64,000 nucleotides of DNA from Trichosphaerium sp. ATCC 40318 (taxonomy: Eukaryota; Protista; Tubulinea). Each line of letters starts with the position of its first letter. Position 1 is the stretch's first letter. Shown piece by piece: positions 50,227 through 61,235 of this stretch. The notes under the pieces are model-generated. The model saw nothing but the letters and a program-made list of their open reading frames with translations. It was not told the DNA's origin and did no database searches. The translations under genes and the position numbers were made by a program. The DNA is taken from contig JALMLS010000423.1 in the NCBI GenBank assembly GCA_038496445.1, positions 217,445-281,444 on the forward strand, read 5' to 3'.

Positions 50227-51503
50227 ATGAGCGAACCAGAGCCGTTTCACATTAATGTTAGATTCAGTGGCTCAAAATCAGCTAAAACAGTTCAAATCAA
50301 CGATTCACTAGGTCTTGATGCTGTAATTAAGGCTTGTTGTAACAAATTCGCTGCTAAAGGGAACCTTGGTTTGCGAGACATCAAAAACGGTAAAATCATC
50401 GATGATGTCGCTTCGATTACGCCAAAAGGAACGTACATACTATACAAAGTGAAAACAAAAACAAAAGCTGGCAAAGTAGAACCAGAGATAAAATGGGAAG
50501 CAATAGGCAAAGGCCGCTTTGCACTATGGCATAGGTACGCAAACTATTTACTTTACAGCCCTGTGAGAAGCACTCACAAACCAAAAAACCGAAGAAAATG
50601 TAAACAAATACTTTACCATTTTTTTTGCAATCTCAAACTCTATGCATGTTTTATCCATAATATGGTACTCTAGGCCTAAGCAACAGACAATCCATGGTTT
50701 ACATAAAATAGGTTGTAGTCACGTGGTAACAATACAAGGGACCAATGAGCATGCTGAGGTCGTAGGTGTGATTAAGATTGTCAACCTTCATACAGTGTTT
50801 GCTTACCACACGTAGGAGAATGGTGTGCTGCTGCAAACATCACTTGGATTTGGTATGATCGGTACTGATATTTTCTATTTTGCTAGTTATCTAATTGAAC
50901 ATACAAGACCTAACGGTAAAGTACCTGAATCATTGGATGAGTTCGAAAGCATAGTTGAGTTCTTAGAAAAAATAATAGTTGCAATTGACTCTGGTTGTTC
51001 TGTGCTTATACACTGGTACAACTAAAACTAACGTGTATATTGCCTACTGATATGATATACAGCTCCGCAGGCCTTCATAGGACAGGCATGTTCTCCAATT
51101 TATTACTGAGATACTTCGGCCTATCTGAAGAAGAAGCTTTGAATAAAATCAAAAACTCGAGAGATAAAACAGGTACTATTCGACTTTTTATTACTAATAA
51201 TCACGTGCCATATTACTACTACTATTCCCCCCTTGTACTGTATGCAGTGCATTATAAAGTACATTGCTTTCAACAGTACAGAGTGCAGTAGTGATCTCCT
51301 ATTGGCTCAAACTGTAGCAATTTTTTTTTGGAAATTACAGTTTTAGTTGTCGCGCTTAACCAGCTTTGAACTTACTTTATTTTACAGCTAAAGGTGTTGG
51401 TGAACATAGACTGGGATTTGCAACCGATTTTATACGTGTTGTGGGTACACGAGACAACCCAACAGATAAGAAAAACTGGAGCGATTTGTATGAAAGTAAA
51501 TAA
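50227..51503 (+). CDS. Protein tyrosine/dual-specificity phosphatase (CX5R) with N-terminal ubiquitin-like (beta-grasp) domain
   Basis: Splicing cac tg|c tcc gives VLIHCSAGLHRTG, an intact HCX5R motif. The N-terminus ...VIKACCNKFAAKG..LRDIKNGKIIDDVASITPKGTYIL resembles KHA/DCX-like beta-grasp domains. Confidence 0.85.
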
Positions 51504-51749
51504 AATGTGAACAACAAAATTCTGACCCATAAAAAACTTATTTGTTAAAAGATTGAAAATATCTCTTTAATTCATTATGGTGTAAGCCTAAAGAACAATA
51601 ATTGCCAAACTCACAGTGTGTTGCTTGTTTGCAAAACAGAATAAAGCTCTGAAATTACAAAACTTGACACGACGATTCGTAAAAACATTGAGCCCGTCAA
51701 ACTGCTCTGTTAATGTTCTTGTTGCAACTATGCCTGGATGAGATGGTAT

Positions 51750-52596
51750 TTAATAGCGGAGAACAGGTATGTAAGACGGTGCAGTTACATCATCCTCGTT
51801 CCAACTCAATCAAAACGCAGAGTCTATCGAAGAAATATATTGTTGTTAGAATCATACAGTATCATAGTTTTCGTAAACTACATCATCTTTCTTTGTACTA
51901 CAGCAGCATATACATGCTACAATGACAGTAACAATTGCACCCAATACCAACAGGCCACCGATAGATGAACCCACAATAACTATGATTAGCAAGTCTCGTA
52001 GTCCTCTGGGACATTTCTCAGTACTGCAAGCTGGACCATCGCCTCCACTATTGCATAGTTAGTCAGGTCATTGGGTGCCTAGGTTTTGGGAGTTATGGGA
52101 CTACAGATGTCAACACTGTGTAGTTCATGTCTTGCTGCAGAGCCGTAAAATAGATTCATGTAAGTTATATCAAATTTAAGGTTGGAGACCTTTCGGGAAC
52201 ATCAGGAACCATGTGATGCACCCCGTCAAATCAAATTACGTACTTTCCACAATAGTTACATCCTGGCCGTTTTAAACACCTTTCTTTGGCGTACATTTGG
52301 CCACAGAAGCCTTGGTAAATAATGTCAAGTCAAGTCAAGATAATTGTCGACAATTACTGTAGTCGTATTTCGCGAAGCGCTTCTCGAGAACAAAGTAGCG
52401 TACATAATACTTCTGGCGTGTAATGACACTGTCCATAGGTGCTGTTATAGTAGCATTCAGTGGGACACGTAATCGGTGTGTACGTTCGAATTGTAGGTGC
52501 ACTAGTTGTAGTAACATCAGTCGTATTTTGAGCATAGGAACAAGACGCAAGTGCGAGTAATAGAATTACAGTAATACTACCGAGAAAAGGAGCCAT
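51750..52596 (-). CDS. Small single-pass Cys-rich surface protein (PSI-like); 3' end uncertain
   Basis: Signal peptide MAPFLGSITVILLLALASCSYA, a Thr-rich stretch, Cys-rich CFCGQMYAKERCLKRPGCNYC, and TM LLIIVIVGSSIGGLLVLGAIVTVIVACICCC. Confidence 0.65.
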
Positions 52597-53190
52597 GTTT
52601 GTCTGTTTAAGTAAGAAGTTCGCCAAAAAAAGTCAAAGTAAAGTCTAGGTCCAACTTTTACCAATTTACTTTTCGAGACTGTGGTGTACCCGTATTCAAA
52701 GGCCTTAACACACATCAGTAGCGCAGTAAGATAAATTGTAGGCCTTCACTCGAGAGAAATTGCAAAAAGTCACTTCACTTGCAAACGCCAATTCACATGA
52801 GAGTCTTCCTGGTGCATGTACCTTGGCTAAAAGCGTACACCTTTACTTGTTAGTCTGTAGTATTCCATTGTTTCCTTATCTAGCTTACAATGACAGAAAG
52901 ATAAGTTGTGCTGGGCAGATGGCTTATTTTGATGAGCGAATGTAAGTAATTATGGTGTAGCTCCATACATTTTGACATTAGCTACAAAACAGTATAGTGC
53001 TCTTCTTCCAATTATAACTGAAGTACGATGAACTATAAAACCAGTACACTTCAGCCTAAACTTGTAGAGTTGCATAAGGCTACCTATGTTCAAACCTCCC
53101 GAATAATCAGGCCTAGCGCAAGCACAAAATAGCGTTACTTCAGGTCAAGGCCTTACAACATTTTAAACATAACTTGAAGTGTATGTTTAT

Positions 53191-53904
53191 TTAGATCCAC
53201 ACACTTTCATCAGAGAGGTCAGCTTTTGTTACATCAATATTAAACACACCAGTTAATGCTTTGATACCCTCATATGTTATTGACATACAACCTCTCAGAT
53301 AAATAGAATGTACACCAACCAACGCTCTCAAACCTTCATCTGTAACCTTTGTCGATCGTAAATCAATTTCATGTACTCCTGCTAATGGCTTGATGCCATC
53401 ATCTGTAACACGTGTACCAGATAAGTTAATTGTGTGTACACCTGCCAAGCTTATAGTGTGTACACCAGCCATATACTTCAAACCTTCATCAGTAACTTGT
53501 GCATCTTCCAAATTTATATTGTGGACGCCATACAGTGCCTTGATACCCTTTTCTGTTATTGACGTGCAGCGTCTCAAGTTGATAGTGTGTACACCCGCAA
53601 GTAGGTACAAGTGATTGTCTCTAATGCTTTGAAATTGTTCCAAAGAAATTGGTGTATTTTGAAGCAAAACACTACCTGAAAGCCTTTGTAGTGAGGCTGC
53701 GCTTTTGATGATAATTATATCGTATCCAACATGCTTGTGGATGATATCGTGTAAGAAATGGCAAGTTTGGGCCGCACGGTGTCTGTGCGTCCCGTGTTTA
53801 AGAATATGAACAAGTATTTCGACTGGTAGCTCTAGAACGTCGGATGTGTATCCTTGCTCACCGTATTCTTTTCCTTGATTACTCGCCAAGTGCAATCGTT
53901 CCAT
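53191..53904 (-). CDS. Intronless F-box + LAGVHT-type LRR protein, 237 aa
   Basis: F-box LELPVEILVHILKHG...AAQTCHFLHDII followed by repeats such as LAGVHTINLRRCTSITEKGIKA. Paralogue of 5004-6412. Confidence 0.85.
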   Translation of the reverse strand: MERLHLASNQGKEYGEQGYTSDVLELPVEILVHILKHGTHRHRAAQTCHFLHDIIHKHVGYDIIIIKSAASLQRLSGSVLLQNTPISLEQFQSIRDNHLYLLAGVHTINLRRCTSITEKGIKALYGVHNINLEDAQVTDEGLKYMAGVHTISLAGVHTINLSGTRVTDDGIKPLAGVHEIDLRSTKVTDEGLRALVGVHSIYLRGCMSITYEGIKALTGVFNIDVTKADLSDESVWI

Positions 53905-54057
53905 TCGAAATAAAGGTAGACCAGCAGTAAGACGTTCAAGTCAAACTATTTCGCGATTTTTTCTTTTAATTAATTTGCAATTAAGTAAGCATCGTATATT
54001 TTTAAGTGAGAGCAAGATTTGTTGACGTATTGGCATTAGCACTGTTTAGTACATTAT

Positions 54058-55858
54058 ATGGAACTTTCTATGCAATTTTTAGGTAACTCTCAAGAATTTG
54101 CGAAAGTGTCAAACACCAATAACTAGGCAAACAGTTTATTAATACTGTTGATAATGATTTGGAGAGGGTTCCGCTCGTAAACACAATTGGAAAAGAGGAT
54201 TTGTTTCAGAGTCTACCGTTAGAGGTTTTACGCGAAACTTGACAAATGAGCACGTGTTTAACTTGGATTTAGATTCACTACAAGGTGTTTACGTTTTTGG
54301 AGCCAAAAGACTTGAAACACGCTTTATGTGTCAACTGGGAGTGGTAAGAGAACATTTTTAGTCTGTTTTTTGCATCTTGGGGAGAAGTAGCTTCTGTAAT
54401 TATTTTTCAAAAATAGGTTTTCTGTAGGAGATAGTGACGTGTTTTGGCAAGATCATGGTACTCGAAAGGACACTATTCGTGTAAATAGGAAAGCGTACAG
54501 ACGTAAGAGAAGGCGTCAAGTACAGGCTGCTACTATTCAAGCGACTGACAAGCTATTTTGCAGTATTTACACTAGAGGGCACGTGATAGTGTTTATTTAA
54601 GGAAGAAAAACAACCTTTTTATGGAGTGCTCTTACAAGTTTGTTTATAGGTTCTGGGGTCTTGTTATTACCGCAGCTCTAGCTATTGGTATTTTCTATAG
54701 TAACGTATATTTCAACCACAAATATGGGTGGTCGTGTACGGGGTTTTTTATAGGCGAAGTTTTTTAGTGACGTGTTTTAACTTGCTTCCCTAGTTTGTCT
54801 CATTTTTCATGGTCTTTGTTGGAGCGCAATGTTATTTCTTGTGTACTTATTTATCATGGCTTATGTAAGCTTAATATCACCTAACATATTAATCTTGTTC
54901 TTAAGAAAGGAGGCAAGAACGGAATGGTTACTTTTATAATGTTTAATTTAATCTTTGGATTTGGATTCGGTGTCATTTTATATGAACGTCTACCATGGTC
55001 CATCGAAGTTATGAGAAACATGCCTAAAGAACCTGTATCTTTTTCAGAAATGAAAGGTCTCACGGGTGTCTATCCAGCGTTTAAACTAAAAGATAGAATC
55101 CGAGTTGATACAAAAAGCGTATTTAGTGGATACATACTTTCCAAAGATGGATATATGACAGCTGTAGTTATGGCTCCTGTATCTATAAGTACGCTTAAAA
55201 CAAAACTCCCTCCATATGTTGCTATTATTTACACACATTAGTGCCAAATTCGACATCACAAAGACAAGGGAATGCTCCAAAAACTGCTGTTCTACGCTAC
55301 TCGGACCAAGTGAAGTATAAGGAGTTTAATCTCATTTTTTCGACTTTGTTAGCATACAAAAATCAAGTTGTAGCTGGTTGGGAAGAAGCGAATAACAGTA
55401 GTCAGATAATCACTAACGCTTACGATACTGGTAAGGACATGTTGATTAAAGATACTCCTAATCGAGTTCACAGGTGCATTTTATCAATGGGGTTATCGCT
55501 CAAGGCCGAAGAGAAATTCTTTTAAAGATGTCCCAAGACAAATGGCAGCCTATTCTTTACAGGAGTGCCTAGGCACGTGATTTTTTTTACAATATTGGTA
55601 AAAACCAAACAGACCAGTTTTCCTACATAATCTCTTCATGATGTTTCAAGTACATTAAAGTTCATGTTAGGTGGAAACTCTAGTTTTGGTTATGATGATT
55701 TTTATTTTGATGTATTTCCAGAGAGGATCTTCAATATGACGTATGGAGAAGATGCTTACAATAAAGTAAACAAACAGTATCATATATACCTTATATGGTC
55801 TTCTGTAACTCTGGGAGCATTGACTTTTCTTGGCTGGACAATATTCACTTCATTGTAG
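54058..55858 (+). CDS. F-box + multi-pass membrane protein (3 TM, luminal domain, C-terminal TM), multi-exon; start approximate
   Basis: F-box FQSLPLE|IHYKVFTFLEPKDLKHALCVNWEW|FSVGDSDVFW. TMs FWGLVITAALAIGIFY, VTFIMFNLIFGFGFGVILY and IYLIWSSVTLGALTFLGWTIF. A GC donor sits at 55573. Confidence 0.75.
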
Positions 55859-56722
55859 GCACGTTCAAAATACGAGTATTTCTCGCTGAATTTTTGGTTC
55901 TTCGAACACGTGATAATCATGTGATACAATTCGTTTCTCAATTAACCACTATTTTTCTTTTGTAACATCCTACCATCACACGTTGGTTAATTGCTTGAAG
56001 GTTTACAAAGATGGAAATGAAACAGGAATGTGTAATAAAGAAAAAACTCTCAATGAATAAAATGCGAGTAGCTGAACTATTTTTTGGTGAATACTCCACA
56101 TTTGATTTACACTGTTTTTATATCATTAATCTTTCTTATTCGTTGCCCAAATGCTTTGTTTGTTGCTCCAAGGTGTACAATGCTAACGCATTTCTCAAGA
56201 AGTAAAATACCTAACAGCATTCGTAGTACATCATCTACAACAGTGTTAGATAACTGACGGAGCTGCCGATAGCATTCTGTTTTCGTTTTCTTGGAGGAGC
56301 TGCCATATAGCTAGAGTCGGTAAACCAAAAAGTCAATGGGTTCAAATTGAAACTGATTTGGGTAGTTCCTTATAACAATTGAATCCTGCAAAGCAAGTAA
56401 GCCATTCAGTGAGGTTGAAGACCGTCAAAAACGAACTTAAAAGTTGCAAGTTTTCAGTCATTTGTACAGCACAAAAAGGACTTTGACATTAAATAGTTCA
56501 GTTGTAAAACCGGTTTTCCTGCCACACTTTGTCACTATTTCCGAGCAGCAAAGGTTTGATTTATCGTTGTCATTACCGTTTCAAAGATTTCGGAAGTAAT
56601 ACACGTGGGGAAACTTAATACTCATAAATGTAAGTGAATGCAAGCAGACATCTTCCCTCAAACAAAAATATCTCAATCTCAATAATAAGTCTGATCTCAA
56701 TAAAAAAGTATTTATTTTTTCT

Positions 56723-57313
56723 TTAGTCACTGTTCTCAAAAACCATGTCAGGAAGAGAACACGTGAGCGATCGCATACCATAACTTCGTTTTATTTTCTT
56801 CGGGCGCTCTTTCAGATTATTCTTTTCATCTAATGGAGAATACCCATCAGGCACGTGACATACTTCAACGCGAAGTACAGGATGAACTCCTTTTTTTGCT
56901 GTTCTTAATTTTACGTTATAGGAGTCTTCAAAGTATTTTTCCAAGTCTCCAAAGTCTTCTATGTTTATAAACGCTTTAGCTACTGTCTTGTTTCGCTTCT
57001 TTCTCTTAATTTTAAACAACACGAAGAGAGGTATCCCAACTGTTTGCTCTATCTTTAAATCTCGGAATGAGTGCTTCCAAAATACCTTCCCATCATTCAT
57101 TTGTTCTTTATAGTGCGTATGTAACGTTGTAAAGGTTGATTTAGGCTGATTCATAGAAAATAATTTAATATCAACACAAAACGATGATCCTGCTGCTCTT
57201 AGCTCAGATACGCTCTTTATCTTTATACGAAGCCTTCCTTTATGTAAGTTAGGCGTACTCATATAAGAATAAGATTCTTCCTCGCCGTCATAGAAGTCAC
57301 AGTAGTGTTTCAT
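56723..57313 (-). CDS. Intronless C2-domain-like protein, 196 aa
   Basis: GRLRIKIKSVSEL...FCVDIKL...VFWKHSF...VLFKIK...VAKAFINIEDF...LRVEV follows the C2 beta-strand pattern. AATAAA lies just after the stop. Confidence 0.65.
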   Translation of the reverse strand: MKHYCDFYDGEEESYSYMSTPNLHKGRLRIKIKSVSELRAAGSSFCVDIKLFSMNQPKSTFTTLHTHYKEQMNDGKVFWKHSFRDLKIEQTVGIPLFVLFKIKRKKRNKTVAKAFINIEDFGDLEKYFEDSYNVKLRTAKKGVHPVLRVEVCHVPDGYSPLDEKNNLKERPKKIKRSYGMRSLTCSLPDMVFENSD

Positions 57314-57737
57314 TGCTGCTGTCTGATTTTTTAAATGAACAAAAAACTACAACAACTACACGACTTAATGACGTGTTTCGACGTTGTTGTAGTAAAACTG
57401 TAAGACTCAGGACCTCAATAAAAGAACGTAGATTGGAATACAACGAGAGCTAGGAATAGAAATTCAGAAAACGTGGGACACGCTAATTCACGAAGTGACG
57501 TCATTGTTAATTATTCGGATATTGTAATTTACCGAACTGTACACTATTCACCACGTGGTGGTAGCTTGTGAGTAGTAATAATACCTACAGGACAGAAATA
57601 CTGCGAAACAAACGCTCCACTCATTTTTAGAGCATATCCTCAGCAAGAAACAAAAAAAAAGTGAAACGACACGTGTTCATTACTCACCAAAGAAAAAAAA
57701 AAGAAAAACAAAGATTGAGTTATAATAATAAAGTTTA

Positions 57738-59679
57738 TTATTCTTCAGTTACAAGGATCAATTCAGAACCAGCATTGATGTTCTTCCACATGGACATGGT
57801 GTACATTTGTGTGCTCAAGTAGTATCCAGCACCGGCTTCAATAGTGGAAGGAACAGTGATTGTTACATTTGCTTGACCTTCGCCTTGATCGACGAGAGCA
57901 AATCCAGTTGAAACAGTTTCGAACTTCTTGTTTAGGGATACAACAAGGCTGCTTGGTTCAGCAGCGTAATAGCCAACTTCTACGACTTGGTCGGAACCAA
58001 TTTGTAGGTTTTCAGGCTGGGCGATAGTGGCAACGCTACTAGCATCACTAAAAACAAACAGTTAGTACACAAGAAACGCCAACATTTTCTGAGAAAAACA
58101 AAAAACAGAAATTTACACGTACATGATTGAACGCTTGCCAGGGCAGTTGTTGTTATTGTTGTTATTGTTGTTGTTGTTGTTATTGTTGTTGTTGTTATTG
58201 TTGTTTTTGCTTGAACGCGCAAAGGTAATGTAGTTCAAGTTGAACTCAGCAGCAGTGAACTTAACAAGGACCTTACGTTTTCCTGCGTTGATCTTACCAA
58301 AGGTTTCTGTAACGCTTTTGAATGTTTGCCATCCGCCAGTTGTTTTGAACTCGAATTTCCTTACTTTGTTGTTGATTTCGATCAACAGGCTCTTATCTTG
58401 TCTTTTTGGGTCTCTGTCATCTGAAGCTACACGAACAGTAATATCGTAATCGCCTGATTGAGTAAAGTCTACATCGTATTCAACCCATTCGCCGTTTTGA
58501 ACCCAACCAATGTTACAAACACCGTTGTTATCAAGGGTAGCTTGTAAATCGACAAGGTGGGATCTTCCAGAGTTGTACGGAGCGCAGTTTGACTTTCCTT
58601 TGGAGAAAGAATAAGCAAAAACAAAGAAAAGACCAAAAAAAAAGCGATGAAGTCTGTTCAATGACTAAACGTACCTTGGTTACCGTTACCCTTATCCTCA
58701 AACCTTCTAAAGTTCTGAGCTTGAACTGTACCAGGAGCGCGGTTATTGATGTTTCTTGGAGGTGGAGGGTTGTTGTTGTTATTATTATTGTTGTTGTTGT
58801 TGTTATTGTTGTTATTGTTGTTGTTGTTGTTGTTATTGTTCCTTGGAGGTGGAGGATTGCTGCTACCGTCATATTTCTTAACAAGGGATCCTTCTTTAAA
58901 GTTTCTTGGTTTAGCCTTACGAGCACTTTCGATTCTCGAACAAGGAGCTCTTTTACATTGACCAAGTTCGAATGTCCTGGCAGTACAACTTTCAGAAGTA
59001 CGTTTGAAAGTATCTGTCTTTGGACCGCCCTGGATACGGACGTATGCGCAACTGTAGTAGTCTACAATATTACCCATAGTACCACCGAACCAAGTCTAAA
59101 CATTAAAGCATAAGCAACAGACAAACGAAGGAAGAAAGCTAAAAACTGTTTTCTGATAAAAAAAAGAAATTGAAGGTTAATGATGTTATATAAACGTACC
59201 CAGCCCAAGATGTATACACCGTCTGGAATATGAGTTGGTACTTTTACTCTTGCTTCCAAAACTTTGTTATCAGTTCCGCAACGGCCACGAGCGCCAGCGC
59301 AAGATTCTGGTTTTCCGTCCCAGCATACGTAAGTGAAAGTAAAATCCTTGTGTGCTTGTCTGTCCCACATTTTATCCTTTGGTACAAGGGCTAAGCTAAC
59401 AAAACCATGTCTGTGACCATTTCTAGCCCAATTAACTTTCTCCATGTCTCCTCTCTTCCAAGTATCAACGATTGTCTTATCGTCGTATCTAGAACCAGTT
59501 TTTACACCTTTAATGTTCTCGCAAGGGCCTGAGCATCCCATATCTGGGCTTCCGCCTAAGCGACAACCTCCCGTTCCTCTATAACGAGGAAAAGGATGGG
59601 TCATGTAACTGTGCGCAGAGGTTGTTTGGAAGAAAACCGTGAGTGTTGCAATAATAAGCAACAGTGTGGTTGTGTTCAT
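57738..59679 (-). CDS. Secreted LPMO-like (His-brace) domain + poly-Asn linker + CBM6 + poly-Asn + beta-rich C-terminal domain (4 exons)
   Basis: The signal peptide ends TSA and is followed by His1 (HSYMTHP). A second His occurs in WARNGH, and the domain ends GW|TWFGG...DYYSCAYVRI. CBM6 reads IGWVQNGEWVEYDVDFTQSGDYDITVRVAS...TGGWQTF...FNLNYITF. Confidence 0.8.
58146..58205 (-). repeat. (AAC/AAT)n coding microsatellite, poly-Asn linker
   Basis: gttgttgttattgttgtt run on the + strand. Confidence 0.95.
58769..58840 (-). repeat. (AAC/AAT)n coding microsatellite, poly-Asn linker flanked by NPPPPR duplicates
   Basis: gttgttgttgttattatt run bounded on both sides by cttggaggtggagg. Confidence 0.95.
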
Positions 59680-61235
59680 GTTTATAGGTGTTTGATATTT
59701 TTATCGGTGATAGGTGTGTTATGTGTTGTGTAAGTGAATTTCTGGCCAAAACTAAACAGTTTTCGATGAGGAAGTTCCTTTCCCTAAAAAGGAAAGACTA
59801 ACTCCCGTATTGTCGTCAACTAAAAATTGTTTAAAGGTAGCTAGTAGTATACTACTACTAAGTGCAATTACACTTGTACAGAATTCAAAACGCAAACCTT
59901 ACGTATAAAAGAAAATAGAACTTTATTTCGCTCAAACACGCTTTAAATCCCTAGATGTTGTTATTGTGCGAAACTTACTGTTTTCAATGAGGTTTCTACT
60001 TATGAGCAAGATTGCCTAAGTTGAGCGTACTCCTCCGCCAAACTCGGAAGGGCGCCCAAAATGTAACATTGTCGGCTTACTGCAACAACGTATGAAGTAA
60101 TCGGAGACCTTTGAAATGTTAATAGTAGTTCGTAGATAGAATTCGATAAGGTCAAAAAGAACTTCTTCCTAAAGCATCATAGAGGTCTCTATAATTATTT
60201 TGTAGGCGCCAGCATGCTTCGGAACATCTTAGCCCAAAACACCGAGTTTCGCGCAAGATTTGCGCTAGTTGTTCTTACTTTGAAAGGAAATTCCTTTAGG
60301 CGTTAAATCTATGGACTAGCGCTTCGCTACTAGCGTATTGCATCATCTATTAAAGATGTACATGTTGCGTAGTTGCAAAATCATCCAGCACGGCGTTTTC
60401 CTTATTGCAAACTCGTGGCAAAGCCAACCACAAACACACCAAGTTTAGATTCACTTTTAAATTCTCCCACGTGGTAGCTGTGGCGTGATAAAACCACTTT
60501 ACTAAATCTCACACTGGACTCAAAGTAAACAAAGACAAATATCATGTATTACGAATAGAGATCTCTAAAAACAGCCAAGTGAATAGATAGAGTCATCAAC
60601 TCAAAAAGCATAAGGTTGTATTTACGTCAGTGTATCAGACAACTTGTCGAAACGGAGATGTTATCGGAAAGTGAAGTATTTCAAATATGGCTATTTTTTT
60701 CACAAATTGTTAATTTCTGTTTTCCGTACATACGAAAATCGACGCAATTACTAGTAAATGGTAGCATCAAAACAATTTAACAACAGTATCTGTGTTGCTA
60801 CAAAGTGAGAGCTCCCGGAATTGCTTCGAAATAAAACTTTGAAGATAGTTTTTTTTCTCACTACAACGCCACTTGTTTGCCGTTTGATACCTTATTATTA
60901 AATTCCTATAGCCACACGTACACATTATTTGATTGTTCATTAGTGGCAGAACTCATCAAGCTAAATTCAATTTGTAGTCGGATAAGCTGGTAAGCCACAA
61001 CGCCGATACAGATTCACAAATGAATAAGTCTTTTGACGACATTCTCAATTCAGTTTGACGTTTTGACATTGTGAGTGGCAAAATGTTAACGTAACTGACA
61101 CTGTAGGCTCAAGTACTTGTATGAAAGGATGTAGGATCTCTGTATGCTTGCGCTGGAGGTGTCATAGATATTTGGGTTTGAGTGTCAAATTTCTAACATT
61201 AAATTGTTCAAGCTGAAAGGAGACGCCACGTCCTA

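Noticed and set aside
58531-59113. Poly-Thr, poly-Val and poly-Leu ORFs
   Set aside because: Frame and strand shadows of the poly-Asn microsatellite.
59700-61200. 1.5-kb gene-free region with small hairpins (e.g. gcgcaa-gat-ttgcgc near 60251)
   Set aside because: No ORF, terminal repeats or RNA-family hallmark; treated as divergent promoter or intergenic DNA.
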